A DNA stretch of 64,000 bases from an uncultured Actinomycetota bacterium (GTDB lineage: Bacteria > Actinomycetota > Actinomycetes > JACCUZ01), in the NCBI GenBank assembly GCA_963762865.1, contig CAVXNC010000024.1, positions 76,495-140,494 of the forward strand. The letters are read 5' to 3'. The stretch's first letter is position 1. Every line of letters starts with the position of its first letter. Made by a program: the position numbers and the translations under genes. The notes under the pieces were generated by a model. The model did not search any database, was not told the origin of the DNA, and saw nothing but the letters and a program-made list of their open reading frames with translations. This document shows, piece by piece, positions 51,401 to 59,915 of the stretch.

Positions 51401-51647
51401 GGTGTCGACGCTGCCCAAGGGCTTCGGCGACGGCACGCACGCCATCACGGTCGCCGGCGAGGAGACACCGGCCGGGCACGACATCGACCTCTTCTTCTAC
51501 GCAGCCGACTGCGCGCTGCTCGGGTCGATCGCCACGTCCTCCCCGGACGAGTCCGGTGTCATCCCGGGCGGGACGGCGTACGTCCTGACGCACCTCTACA
51601 CCGGTGCCGACGTGCCGTTCACGCTGACCGCAACCGACGCCGGGTAG
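48462..51647 (+). CDS. secreted multi-domain M36 (fungalysin) family metallopeptidase
   Basis: Signal peptide, FTP/PepSY-like propeptide, HEYAHGLSTR zinc motif, then carboxypeptidase-regulatory-like, discoidin (F5/8 C) and pre-peptidase C-terminal domains. Confidence 0.85.
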   Translation: MRSFLTTRRALAACTTLAALAVTAATLPPASAAISPIGATGSGAATTDTRDVTSALAPTTAQLDAARALVADAPQGARVTWDERFGTPRSALGNGGYLTGPRSGSAVDVARQWVADNRAAFGMSTAQVDTLAVSRNHELPGTGTRVVTFSQVFDGIQAVQGGRLNIAVADDGRVLSYGGNPTRGSGLAGSFGMSAAQALASVAGSLAGATSFAPDAVGQTAGYTTFARGPFAASSYVAKAAFPTADGAVAAYRVLFVNDLDKAWDVVVNASSGTVLFKDSLVTHESEGTVYENFPGAPNGGQPVVKSFGPTAESPSGYTDPTGIAGLGGPTTFGNNASTYANYSNFLVPADQGPRPVSPTSQFNYAYDMNWQKTHGATVPPSYALDLNPAATNLFWHHNRIHDEFYDFGFTESAGNFQTDGGDPVLGLVHAGAASGGAPTYTGRDNAYMLTLPDGVPSWSGMFLWEPINDAFEGPYSDGNFDASVIEHEYAHGLSTRYVAGGEALGSHQSGSMGEGWGDWYGLNYLHREGLYSKSVVGEYATGNPVRGIRNWAYDQNPTTFGDVGYDLTGPEVHADGEIWTATLWDLRKKLVAQYGQAQGSEVAARLVTDAMPLSAPDPSFLDMRDAILAADVDRYHGDNTDTIWSVFAHRGAGASAQSATGDDTNPTPAFDHAADSRNGLLVGTVRNGSTGEPVPGAKVIVGEFEARVTPLARTSDTGGFGAKMAAGSYDVLITAPGFGAQQFRDVAVTAGQTTSLAFTVAPNLTSTASGAKVVNASSEDAGLPAEFLLDDTAASVWATKKGATTYNSGPDQRVTVELAKPSTINRLQVSAFKNTTSSRFSALKDFTFQVSSDGVLWKTVRTGGFGYQAPRPTAPDLNYQTFTLDKPVKATYVRFFIDSVQGETLDHAEAAELQVFGTAKGVTPVAPPADPTFTDSGTITVGNPSAGDPTGLQNVSGVTGNEFEQTCSAPPASQGVDGWVSTLPKGFGDGTHAITVAGEETPAGHDIDLFFYAADCALLGSIATSSPDESGVIPGGTAYVLTHLYTGADVPFTLTATDAG

Positions 51648-51667
51648 CCGCCGCGCGGTGCAGTGAC

Positions 51668-51704
51668 GGAACCCCCGTCCACCTCACCGTGGGCGGGGGT
51701 TCGT
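51668..51704. terminator. bidirectional rho-independent-type hairpin between convergent genes
   Basis: GGAACCCCCGTCCAC-ctcacc-GTGGGCGGGGGTTC forms a ~13-bp GC-rich stem 20 nt after the M36 stop and 25 nt after the HTH-gene stop. Confidence 0.5.
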
Positions 51705-51725
51705 CATGCCGACGAATCGATCAGG

Positions 51726-51899
51726 TCAGGCGGTCTCGACGTAGGACTGGTCGAGGTAGTCGTGCACGGCCTTCTCCGGGACCCGGAAGGACCTGCCGAC
51801 GCGCACCGCGGGCAGCGTGCCCGCGTGCACGAGGCGGTAGACGGTCATCTTGGACACCCGCATGACCGAGGCGACCTCGGCGACGGTGAGGAACGTGAC
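51726..51899 (-). CDS. helix-turn-helix (excisionase/MerR-superfamily-like) DNA-binding protein
   Basis: LTVAEVASVMRVSKMTVYRLVHAGTLPAVRVGRSFRVPEKAV. The start is uncertain. Confidence 0.55.
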   Translation of the reverse strand, partial: VTFLTVAEVASVMRVSKMTVYRLVHAGTLPAVRVGRSFRVPEKAVHDYLDQSYVETA

Positions 51900-52117
51900 C
51901 TCCGAGAGAGGACGCGCGTCACGCTCGTTGGGACCTTGACCTGCCACGGCGCACCAGACCTTCAGCACGTGACGGGCGCCGGCTTCCCCTCCGGCACACG
52001 AGAGACGTACGCGCTCTGGGGCCAAGAGTAGGTGCGGATGTGCCTCGTGGGAAAGGGGTGACCGAAATGAGCCGGTGCATTCGGGTGCCGGTACGCCCTC
52101 ACGTCACCCGTTCGGCG

Positions 52118-54160
52118 TCATGCTGACGGGGCAGCCACCAGGGTCTGGTCGGCCGGCAGGTCGCCAGCCGGCACCGGGCGGCTGAAGAGGTAGCCCTGGG
52201 CGAGCTCGCAACCGAGGTCCTCGAGCGCAGCCCGGGTGGCCTCGTCCTCGACCCCCTCGGCGACGACGTCGAGGCCGAGCCGGCGACCGAGGGCGACGGT
52301 CGAGTCGACGATGACCTGGTCGCGCGGGTTGCCGACCATACCGGCGACGAACGACCGGTCGATCTTCAGCTCGTGGACGGGCAGGTTCTTCAGGTAGGCC
52401 AGTGACGAGTAGCCGGTGCCGAAGTCGTCGATGGACAGGCGTACGCCCTGGTCGGCCAGCCGGGTCAGGACCGCGTGGGCCCGGTCCGGGTCCTCCATGA
52501 TCGTGGTCTCGGTGATCTCCAGGCCGAGCAGCATCGCGGGCAGCCGGTGTGCCGAGAGGGCAGCGAGCACCCGGTCGGCGAAGCCCGGGTCGAGCAGGCT
52601 GCGGGTCGACACGTTGACCGCGACCGGCATCGCCCGGCCGTGGGCGGACCACTCGGCCGCCTGCCCGACGGCGCGGTCGATGACGAAGTCGGTGAGGGGG
52701 TGGATCAGCCCGGTGCGCTCCGCCACGGGCACGAACTCGACGGGCGGCAGGAGGCCGTGGTCCGGGTGCTGCCAGCGGACCAACGCCTCCATCCCCCGGA
52801 CGGCGCCGGTCAGGTCGCACTTGGGCTGGTAGTGCAGCACCAGCTCGTCGTGGTCGATGGCACGAGCGAGCTCGGCGAGCAGCCGCAGGCGGGCCGGGCT
52901 GTTCATGTCGGCGGCCGGGTCGTAGAGGCTGATCCCGCGGTGCGAGCTCTTGGCGACGTACATCGCGACGTCCGCGTGCTGCAGCATCGCGCTCGCGTCC
53001 GCGGCGTCCTGGGGGTGCAGCGAGACACCGGCGGTGACGTCGACGACGAGCGTGACGCCGTCGACCTCGACCGGCGCGTGCAGCGCGGCCCGCAGGTGCT
53101 CGGCCGCAGCGACTGCAGCGTCCTCGCCGGCGACGTCGGTCAGCAGGACGGCGAACTCGTCACCGCCCAGCCGGGCCACCAGCGCACCGTCAGCCTGCGC
53201 GGCGAGCCGGCCGCCGACCTCGCGGATCAGGGCGTCGCCGTAGCGGTGACCGAGGGTGTCGTTGACCTCCCGGAAGCGGTCGAGGTCGAGCACGACGAGG
53301 CCGACCGACGTGGCGGGGTCGCGGTGGCCGGCGAGGGCCTCCTCGATGCGCCGCTGTAGCTGGACGCGGTTGGGCAGGTCGGTGAGGGCGTCGAAGTGGG
53401 CCAGCTGGTCGTTGCGCTCGGCCTCGCGGCGCAGCCGGCGGGAGGCGGTGGCGACGACCCGGAAGAGACCGAGCCACAGGACGACCAGGCCGAGGACGAG
53501 CAGGGCGACCGCCCGGGTCGTGTCGGCGCGGATGCTGTCCTGGACCGGGCCGTAGGGCAGGTAGACCTCGAAGACACCGGCCGGCTCCGGGTCGCCCGGG
53601 TAGACGATCGGGACGTAGACCTCGAGCAGGGTGCCGTAGCGCGCCAGCAGCGCGGCGTTGTCGGGCTCCGGGCTGCTGCTGATGATCTCGGCCTCGACCT
53701 CGCCCTCGCGGGCATGCTCCATGGCGTGCGATCCGCCGTCGGACCGGGTCGCCGCTGCCGGCAGCTCCGTGTGCGGGTCGGCCACGTAGAGCAGGTCGCC
53801 GTCCTGGTGCCAGACCTTGATCCGCGCAACCTCGGAGCCGCCGCTGAACCGTCCGACCGCCTCGTCGAGCGCGGCGGCCCGGTCGGCGGGGAGCTCGCCC
53901 ACGAGGTCGCCGGGGCTGAGCAGCGGCTGGATGGCGACCGACGACATCAGCTGTGCCGCGTCGCTGGCCGACTCGAGCGCCCGGTGGCTGATCTGGCGGG
54001 CCAGCAGCTGGGACATCAGCAGGCCGAGCAGCACGATGAGGACAAGGCTGACCGCGGCGAAGCGCTGCAGCAGGCTGACGCGACGCACGGCACCTCTCTC
54101 TCGGCTGGGCGGTCGGAGTTCTCCCATCAGGTTCGGCCGGGTTCGGCCGCCCTCGATCAC
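52118..54160 (-). CDS. membrane sensor diguanylate cyclase/phosphodiesterase (GGDEF-EAL)
   Basis: N-terminal TM-flanked sensor region, GGDEF domain (RLGGDEFAVL) and EAL domain (EALVRW...). Confidence 0.85.
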   Translation of the reverse strand: MIEGGRTRPNLMGELRPPSRERGAVRRVSLLQRFAAVSLVLIVLLGLLMSQLLARQISHRALESASDAAQLMSSVAIQPLLSPGDLVGELPADRAAALDEAVGRFSGGSEVARIKVWHQDGDLLYVADPHTELPAAATRSDGGSHAMEHAREGEVEAEIISSSPEPDNAALLARYGTLLEVYVPIVYPGDPEPAGVFEVYLPYGPVQDSIRADTTRAVALLVLGLVVLWLGLFRVVATASRRLRREAERNDQLAHFDALTDLPNRVQLQRRIEEALAGHRDPATSVGLVVLDLDRFREVNDTLGHRYGDALIREVGGRLAAQADGALVARLGGDEFAVLLTDVAGEDAAVAAAEHLRAALHAPVEVDGVTLVVDVTAGVSLHPQDAADASAMLQHADVAMYVAKSSHRGISLYDPAADMNSPARLRLLAELARAIDHDELVLHYQPKCDLTGAVRGMEALVRWQHPDHGLLPPVEFVPVAERTGLIHPLTDFVIDRAVGQAAEWSAHGRAMPVAVNVSTRSLLDPGFADRVLAALSAHRLPAMLLGLEITETTIMEDPDRAHAVLTRLADQGVRLSIDDFGTGYSSLAYLKNLPVHELKIDRSFVAGMVGNPRDQVIVDSTVALGRRLGLDVVAEGVEDEATRAALEDLGCELAQGYLFSRPVPAGDLPADQTLVAAPSA

Positions 54161-54221
54161 CCGAACGGGCGAACGCGCCTGCCCGAGCGCTTCCGCCCGC
54201 TCACACCGCCGGCTCGTCAGG

Positions 54222-54302
54222 CATGATCGTTTGCGACGTCATGGGCCGCGACACGCCGACACGACCCGCGTGTCGCGACGGCGAGGGTCGCAAACGATCA
54301 TG
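54222..54302. repeat. intergenic palindromic element, copy D
   Basis: Perfect 16-bp inverted repeat CATGATCGTTTGCGAC ... GTCGCAAACGATCATG. The 49-nt spacer contains a nested IR CGCGACACG...CGTGTCGCG. Confidence 0.8.
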
Positions 54303-54358
54303 CAGGAGCGCGCTCGCGTGGCCCGGCAGGATGTCCGACCGCGACGGGCGGTGGCCGG

Positions 54359-55192
54359 TCAGGCCAGCCCGGCGGCGGCGAGCAGGTAGGCGGTCATCGG
54401 CTTGTAGAGGTGCGGCTCGACGTTGTCGTCCAGCGGCACCGAGACGGCGACCTTGCCCTCTTCCTCCCCGACGAAGAGCGCCGGGTCGTTGGAGTCGGCG
54501 AAGCCCACCGACGGGACGCCTGCCTCCCCCGCCGCGCCTGCCCATCCGTGGTCGGCGAGCACCAGGTCGGGCATCGGCTCCCCGGCGGACACCATCGCCT
54601 CGAGCACCGCCTCCATCGGCCGGGCGGAGTGGGTGTGGTTGAGCTCGCCGCGGGTGCTGACCATGGCGACGTCCTGGACGTAGCGGATCGTGCGGGTCAC
54701 CCGTCCCAGCCTCGTGTTGGTCTCGTAGCTCCAGCCGGCAGCCGGGGTCAGCACTGTCGCGCCGGCGGCACGCAGCCCAGCGGCCACCGCGATGTGCACC
54801 GGCAGCAGGCCCGCCGGGTGCCCGGTGGCCACGACCACCCGGGCGCCGGGCCGGGCGACCGACGCGAGGTGCGACGCCATCCGGTCCAGGCCGTCGAGAG
54901 CGAGGTCGGGGTCGATGCGGTCCGGGCCGCGCAGGTAGGACCCGTCGGGCGAGACACCGACCCGCTTGGCCATCAGCTCGATGATGTCGCGCAGCCCCCA
55001 CGTGCCCCGGAAGGTCAGCCCGAACTGCGCCTTCGTCATGCCGGCCGCGAGAAAGCCGTACTTCATCAGGTTGTCCTCGCGGGAGGTCGCCACGTCGCCC
55101 GCGATGCGCGACGCGACGAGGTGCGCGCGCAGCTCGTCGCGGGTCGGCGGGTCAGCGGGACCGCCCACGAGTCCCTCCAGCAGGTCGCTCAC
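54359..55192 (-). CDS. conserved hypothetical protein (277 aa) downstream of acuC
   Basis: The GTG at 55192 forms a GTGA overlap with the acuC stop. No family recognised. The 383-aa ORF N-terminus is an over-extension. Confidence 0.5.
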   Translation of the reverse strand: MSDLLEGLVGGPADPPTRDELRAHLVASRIAGDVATSREDNLMKYGFLAAGMTKAQFGLTFRGTWGLRDIIELMAKRVGVSPDGSYLRGPDRIDPDLALDGLDRMASHLASVARPGARVVVATGHPAGLLPVHIAVAAGLRAAGATVLTPAAGWSYETNTRLGRVTRTIRYVQDVAMVSTRGELNHTHSARPMEAVLEAMVSAGEPMPDLVLADHGWAGAAGEAGVPSVGFADSNDPALFVGEEEGKVAVSVPLDDNVEPHLYKPMTAYLLAAAGLA

Positions 55193-56376
55193 AGCGCCAG
55201 CAGCCCGCCGAGGCCGTGGGCGGGGAAGACTGCCTTCTGCGTCGCGAGGACGGCGCGGTCGACCGCGTCGGCGGGGTCGTACCCGTCCTCCCAAGGCTCC
55301 CAGGACGGTGTCCGCCCGTCGGTCATCCGGGCCGGAGCAGCGAGGCCGTAGCGCTCGAGGACGTACTCCCGCCAACCCGCCGGGACCTCGGTCGCCGGGT
55401 CCAGCGGAGACCCGGCGGCCTCGGCGAGCAGGTGGGTCCAGGCGCGGGGCACGACCTGGGCGAGCTCGTAGCCCCCGCCTCCGCAGGCCACCCATCGACC
55501 CCCGGCGCAACGGTGCGCCAGCTCGTGCAGCGACTGGTACGACCGTCGCTGGCCGTCAACCGTCAGGCCGAGGTGGGCCAGCGGGTCGAGCACGTGGCTG
55601 TCGCAGCCGTGCTGGGTCACCAGCACGTCGGGCCGGAAGTCGTCGAGCAGCGGTGGCACGATCGCGTGGAAGGCGCGCAGCCATGCGTCGTCGGCCGTCC
55701 CGGGGGGCAGCGCGACGTTGACCGCGGAGCCGTCGGCCCCTGGTCCGCCACAGTCGTCGGGGAAGCCGGTGCCGGGGAAGAGGTAGCGCCCGCTCTCGTG
55801 CAGCGAGATGGTCAGCACCCGCGGCTCGTCCCAGAACGCGCGCTCGACGCCGTCGCCGTGGTGCACGTCGACGTCGACGTAGGCGACCCGCGCGGCGCCA
55901 TGCTCGAGCAGCCAGGCGATCGCGATCGCCGGGTCGTTGTAGACGCAGAACCCGCTCGCCGCGCCGGGCATGGCGTGGTGCAGCCCGCCGGCAACGTTGA
56001 CCGCGTGCTCGGTCGCTCCCGTCCAGACCGACTCGGCCGCGGCCAGCGTCGCACCCACGACCAGGGCCGATGCCTGGTGCATGTCCGGGAAGGCAGGGGT
56101 GTCGGAGCTGCCCAGCCCGTGCGAGAGGTCGGGGTGGGTCGGGTCGGCGCCGGCGCGACGTACGGCCTCGATGTAGTCCCGGTCGTGCACCAGCGCGATC
56201 AGGTCGTCGGTGGCGACGGTCGGCTTGGTCATCCGTACGGTGCGCAGGTCGAGCACCCCGAGCTCCCGGGCGAGCCGGATCGTGAGGTCGAGCCGCAGCG
56301 GGTTCAGGGGGTGCTCGGGCCCGAGGTCGTAGCCGATGAGGGCGTCGTCCCAGGGCACCAGCACGGACGCACTCAT
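55189..56376 (-). CDS. acuC: acetoin utilization protein AcuC / histone-deacetylase-family protein
   Basis: Arginase/deacetylase fold with the HHGDG motif (VDVHHGDGVE). Confidence 0.85.
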   Translation of the reverse strand: MSASVLVPWDDALIGYDLGPEHPLNPLRLDLTIRLARELGVLDLRTVRMTKPTVATDDLIALVHDRDYIEAVRRAGADPTHPDLSHGLGSSDTPAFPDMHQASALVVGATLAAAESVWTGATEHAVNVAGGLHHAMPGAASGFCVYNDPAIAIAWLLEHGAARVAYVDVDVHHGDGVERAFWDEPRVLTISLHESGRYLFPGTGFPDDCGGPGADGSAVNVALPPGTADDAWLRAFHAIVPPLLDDFRPDVLVTQHGCDSHVLDPLAHLGLTVDGQRRSYQSLHELAHRCAGGRWVACGGGGYELAQVVPRAWTHLLAEAAGSPLDPATEVPAGWREYVLERYGLAAPARMTDGRTPSWEPWEDGYDPADAVDRAVLATQKAVFPAHGLGGLLAL

Positions 56377-56489
56377 GCGCGTCACGCTACCCGGGCTCGA
56401 GCGCCACACTCGTCGACGCGTAGGGGCTGGACAGAGATGGCCAGATCGGACTATGTCGACGAACCACTCGGTTTCGTAACGTTCCACCC

Positions 56490-57899
56490 GTGACGCACCG
56501 ATTCCGCACCCTGCTCCTGCTCGCCCTGGCGGTCGCCGTGATGGTGCCTGTCATCCAGGCCGCCCCGGCGACCGCGACCGTCCGGGTGACCACGGTCCGC
56601 ACGGTCGGGCACGAGGTACGGGCGGCCGAGCTGGGACCGGGCATCAGCCGCACCCTCAGGTTGGCCAACCCGGCGCGCACGGTCGCGGTCTACTGGCGCA
56701 GCGCACGCGGTGCGCAGGTCGGCCTGTCGCTGAGCGCCGACGGGGTGCACTTCGACCCCGCGGTGGATGCGGGACGGGACGACGCCGGGGAGCTGCGCCA
56801 CGACGGGCGCACGTACGGCGCGCTGCACGTCACCGGCGGCACTAGGGCCGTGCGGGTCACCAGCGACCGGCCGATCCGCGACGTCACCCTCCTCGGGATC
56901 GCGGACGGTGCGCGCGAGACCCACACGGTGCGCCGGCCAGTCTCCGCCTCCGCGGCGGTCAGCCAGCCGACCGTCATCCCGCGCTCGGGCTGGGGAGCGG
57001 ACGAGAGCCTGCGGTACGACGCGAACGGCGCCGAGGTCTTCCCCGAGGCGTTCTACCCCACGCAGAAGCTGGTCGTGCACCACACCGCAGGAGCAAACAA
57101 CGACCCGGACCCGGCGGCGACGGTCCGGGCCATCTACCGCTACCACGCGGTCACCCAGGGCTGGGGCGACATCGGCTACAACTTCCTGGTCGACGAGCAA
57201 GGCCGGGTCTACGAGGGGCGGCACTCCCGGGACTACCCCGTCGGTGTCTCCCCGTCGGGCGACGACGCGGCCGGCAACGGTGTCACCGGGGCGCACACCA
57301 GCGGGTGGAACTCCGGCAGCGTGGGCATCGCCCTGCTCGGCACTCTGACCAACCGCGACGCCACGCCCGCGGCTCGCTCCGCCCTGACCGACATGCTGGC
57401 CTGGGAGGCCACGAAGAACGGGCTCGACCCGATGGCGGTGTCGCCCTACGTCAACCCGGTCAGCGGCGCATCGGTCACCGTCCCGACCATCGCCGGGCAC
57501 CGCGACTACGCGTCCACCGAGTGCCCGGGCGGGACCTTCTACGCGACACTCCCCGCACTGCGCTCCGCGGTCGCCGCGCGGGTCTCCGGCGGCACGGGTT
57601 CGACGCCGGACACCACCCCGCCGACGGTGCCGGGCTCGGTGACCGCCATCGCCGGGACGCGCCTTGTGACCCTTGCGTGGGCAGCATCGACGGACGCGAC
57701 CGGCGTGACCGGCTACACGGTGTCGCGCAGCACCAAGAGCGCCACCAGCGGCTTCGGCACGCGCGGCTCGACGGCGACCACGGGCTACACCGACACGGGC
57801 CTCAAGACCGGCCGCCGCTACTACTACCGCGTGCAGGCGTCCGACGCCGCGGGGAACCGCAGCGCCTGGTCCCCGGTGGTCGCGGCCGTCGCCCGCTGA
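56490..57899 (+). CDS. secreted N-acetylmuramoyl-L-alanine amidase (PGRP/Amidase_2) with a C-terminal fibronectin-III domain
   Basis: Signal peptide, then HHTAG...GWGDIGYNFLVD...AGHRDY...ECPG zinc-amidase motifs. Confidence 0.8.
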   Translation: MTHRFRTLLLLALAVAVMVPVIQAAPATATVRVTTVRTVGHEVRAAELGPGISRTLRLANPARTVAVYWRSARGAQVGLSLSADGVHFDPAVDAGRDDAGELRHDGRTYGALHVTGGTRAVRVTSDRPIRDVTLLGIADGARETHTVRRPVSASAAVSQPTVIPRSGWGADESLRYDANGAEVFPEAFYPTQKLVVHHTAGANNDPDPAATVRAIYRYHAVTQGWGDIGYNFLVDEQGRVYEGRHSRDYPVGVSPSGDDAAGNGVTGAHTSGWNSGSVGIALLGTLTNRDATPAARSALTDMLAWEATKNGLDPMAVSPYVNPVSGASVTVPTIAGHRDYASTECPGGTFYATLPALRSAVAARVSGGTGSTPDTTPPTVPGSVTAIAGTRLVTLAWAASTDATGVTGYTVSRSTKSATSGFGTRGSTATTGYTDTGLKTGRRYYYRVQASDAAGNRSAWSPVVAAVAR

Positions 57900-57902
57900 C
57901 AC

Positions 57903-57959
57903 CATGATCGTGAGCGCGCCGGACGCTCACGGGGTGACGCCCTGCTGCTCACGATCATG
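57903..57959. repeat. intergenic palindromic element, copy B
   Basis: Perfect 13-bp IR CATGATCGTGAGC ... GCTCACGATCATG. It shares the inner GGTGACGCCCTGCT block with copy A and lies between convergent genes. Confidence 0.8.
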
Positions 57960-57984
57960 AAGCAGTGGAGGCGTGTACGTCGTC

Positions 57985-59169
57985 TCACTCGGTGCGCAGG
58001 GCGACCACGGGGTCGAGGCGGCCGGCCCGCCGAGCCGGTGCGACGCCGAAGAAGATGCCGACGGCGGCCGACACCGCGAAGGCCAGCACTGGCGACCACC
58101 ACGCGATGACCGCCGGCAGCGGTGACACCGAGGCGACGAGCAACGAGCTGCCTACCCCGAGCCCGATGCCGATCAGGCCGCCCACGACGCAGAGCAGCAC
58201 CGCCTCGATCAGGAACTGCAGCAGGATGTCGCGTTGCCGCGCCCCCAGCGCCTTGCGCAGGCCGATCTCACGAGTCCGTTCCCGGACGCTCACCAGCATG
58301 ATGTTGGAGACGCCGACGCCGCCGACGAGCAGCGAGATCGCGGCGATCGCAGCGAGCACCAGGGTGAGCAGGCTGAGGATGCGCCCGATGGTGCCGAGGA
58401 TCTGGGTCTGCGTGACGGCGGAGAACTCCTCGCCCTCGTACTTGTCCTGCAACGCGGCGACCAGCTTGGGCTGCAGGGCCTCGACACTGTCGGCGGTCGG
58501 TGCCTTGACGGCGAGCGCGTCGATGCGGTCGACACCGAAGAGCCGCTGGGCCGCGGTCACCGGGATGTGCACCTCGGCGTCGCGGTCGACTCCGAAGGTC
58601 GAGCCGGTCCTCTCGAAGACGCCGATGACGCGGAAGCGCACTCCGGCAATCGTCACCTGGCGGCCAAGCGGGTCGATGTCGCCGAAGACCTTGCGGACCA
58701 CCGTGTTGCCGAGCACTGCGACGCGGCGCCGGGTGTCGACGTCGGAGGCGGTGATGTACTCGCCGCGGTCGAGCGGCCGGTCGAAGACGTTGGGCACGTT
58801 CTCGTTCACGCCGTTGACGGTGACGAAGGCCTCGAGCCGCCCGACGCCGACGGTCTCCCCCGACGCGACCGACACCGCGACCCGCTCGCGGTCGCCGACG
58901 ACCCGGCCGAGGAGGTCGAGGTCCTCGAGCGTGAGCCGGCTGACCGACGGCGCCGAGCCGAACTCGAACTTGCCCGGCACCACGATGATGATGTTGGAGC
59001 CGAGGCCCTCGACCTGCTGCTCCACCTCCTGCTTCGCACCCGCACCCAGGGCCACCAGGATCACGACTGCGGCGACGCCGATCACCACACCGAGCATGGT
59101 CAGGGCACTGCGCAACCTGTTGGCCCGCAACGCATCCAGGGCGACGCGGAAGGCCTCGCCGGTCCTCAC
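57985..59169 (-). CDS. ABC transporter permease (MacB/FtsX-like)
   Basis: MacB_PCD plus FtsX domains. 394 aa. Confidence 0.85.
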   Translation of the reverse strand: MRTGEAFRVALDALRANRLRSALTMLGVVIGVAAVVILVALGAGAKQEVEQQVEGLGSNIIIVVPGKFEFGSAPSVSRLTLEDLDLLGRVVGDRERVAVSVASGETVGVGRLEAFVTVNGVNENVPNVFDRPLDRGEYITASDVDTRRRVAVLGNTVVRKVFGDIDPLGRQVTIAGVRFRVIGVFERTGSTFGVDRDAEVHIPVTAAQRLFGVDRIDALAVKAPTADSVEALQPKLVAALQDKYEGEEFSAVTQTQILGTIGRILSLLTLVLAAIAAISLLVGGVGVSNIMLVSVRERTREIGLRKALGARQRDILLQFLIEAVLLCVVGGLIGIGLGVGSSLLVASVSPLPAVIAWWSPVLAFAVSAAVGIFFGVAPARRAGRLDPVVALRTE

Positions 59170-59915
59170 GCGGTCGGCTCCGGTGCGTCGTACGCCGCCT
59201 GGCCGGACGGCTCCCGCCCTGCGCCGACCGCACCGGAGTCGGACTCGACCAGCCCGTCGCGCAGCGCGATCCGGCGCCGGGCCATCGCGGCCACGTCGGG
59301 GTCGTGGGTCACGACGACTACGGCGACGCCACGGTCGGTGTTGAGCCGCTCCAGGGTCGCCATCACGTCGGCACCGGACCGGGTGTCGAGGTTGCCGGTC
59401 GGCTCGTCGGCCAGCAGCAGCGTCGGCTCCCCGACGAGGGCACGGGCGATCGCGACCCGCTGCTGCTCGCCACCGGAGAGCTGCCCCGGCCGGTGCTGCA
59501 GCCGGTGACCCAGGCCCACCGACTCGAGCGCCGCGGCGGCCCGGTCGCGTCGCTCCGACCCGCGGACGCCGCGGTAGACCAGCGGCAGCGACACGTTGTC
59601 CAGCGCGCTGGTCCGACCGAGCAGCTGGAAGGACTGGAAGACGAAGCCGATCGTGTGGTTGCGCAGCTCGGCCAGCTCGCCGTCGGACAACACCGACACG
59701 TCGCGGCCGCCGATCCGCAGCTCACCCGAGGTCGGCCGGTCGAGACAGCCGAGCAGGTGCATCAGCGTCGACTTGCCGGACCCGGAGGGGCCGACGATGG
59801 CGACGTACTCGCTCTCCTCGATGCGCAGGCTGACGCCGCGCAAGGCCTCGACCGCGATCCCGTCGAGCTGGTAGCTGCGCACGACGTCGACCGCCTCGGC
59901 CGCCGGCGCGCTCAT
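59166..59915 (-). CDS. ABC transporter ATP-binding protein (MacB-type)
   Basis: Walker A GPSGSGKST, signature LSGGEQQR, Walker B LLLADEPT. ATGA overlap with the adaptor gene. Confidence 0.9.
   Translation of the reverse strand: MSAPAAEAVDVVRSYQLDGIAVEALRGVSLRIEESEYVAIVGPSGSGKSTLMHLLGCLDRPTSGELRIGGRDVSVLSDGELAELRNHTIGFVFQSFQLLGRTSALDNVSLPLVYRGVRGSERRDRAAAALESVGLGHRLQHRPGQLSGGEQQRVAIARALVGEPTLLLADEPTGNLDTRSGADVMATLERLNTDRGVAVVVVTHDPDVAAMARRRIALRDGLVESDSGAVGAGREPSGQAAYDAPEPTA

Noticed and set aside
48093-51593. 1166-aa minus-strand ORF antisense to the M36 protease gene
   Set aside because: Arg/Gly/Ala-rich, low-complexity translation typical of a GC-rich antisense frame. The plus-strand gene has a clear domain structure and HExxH motif.
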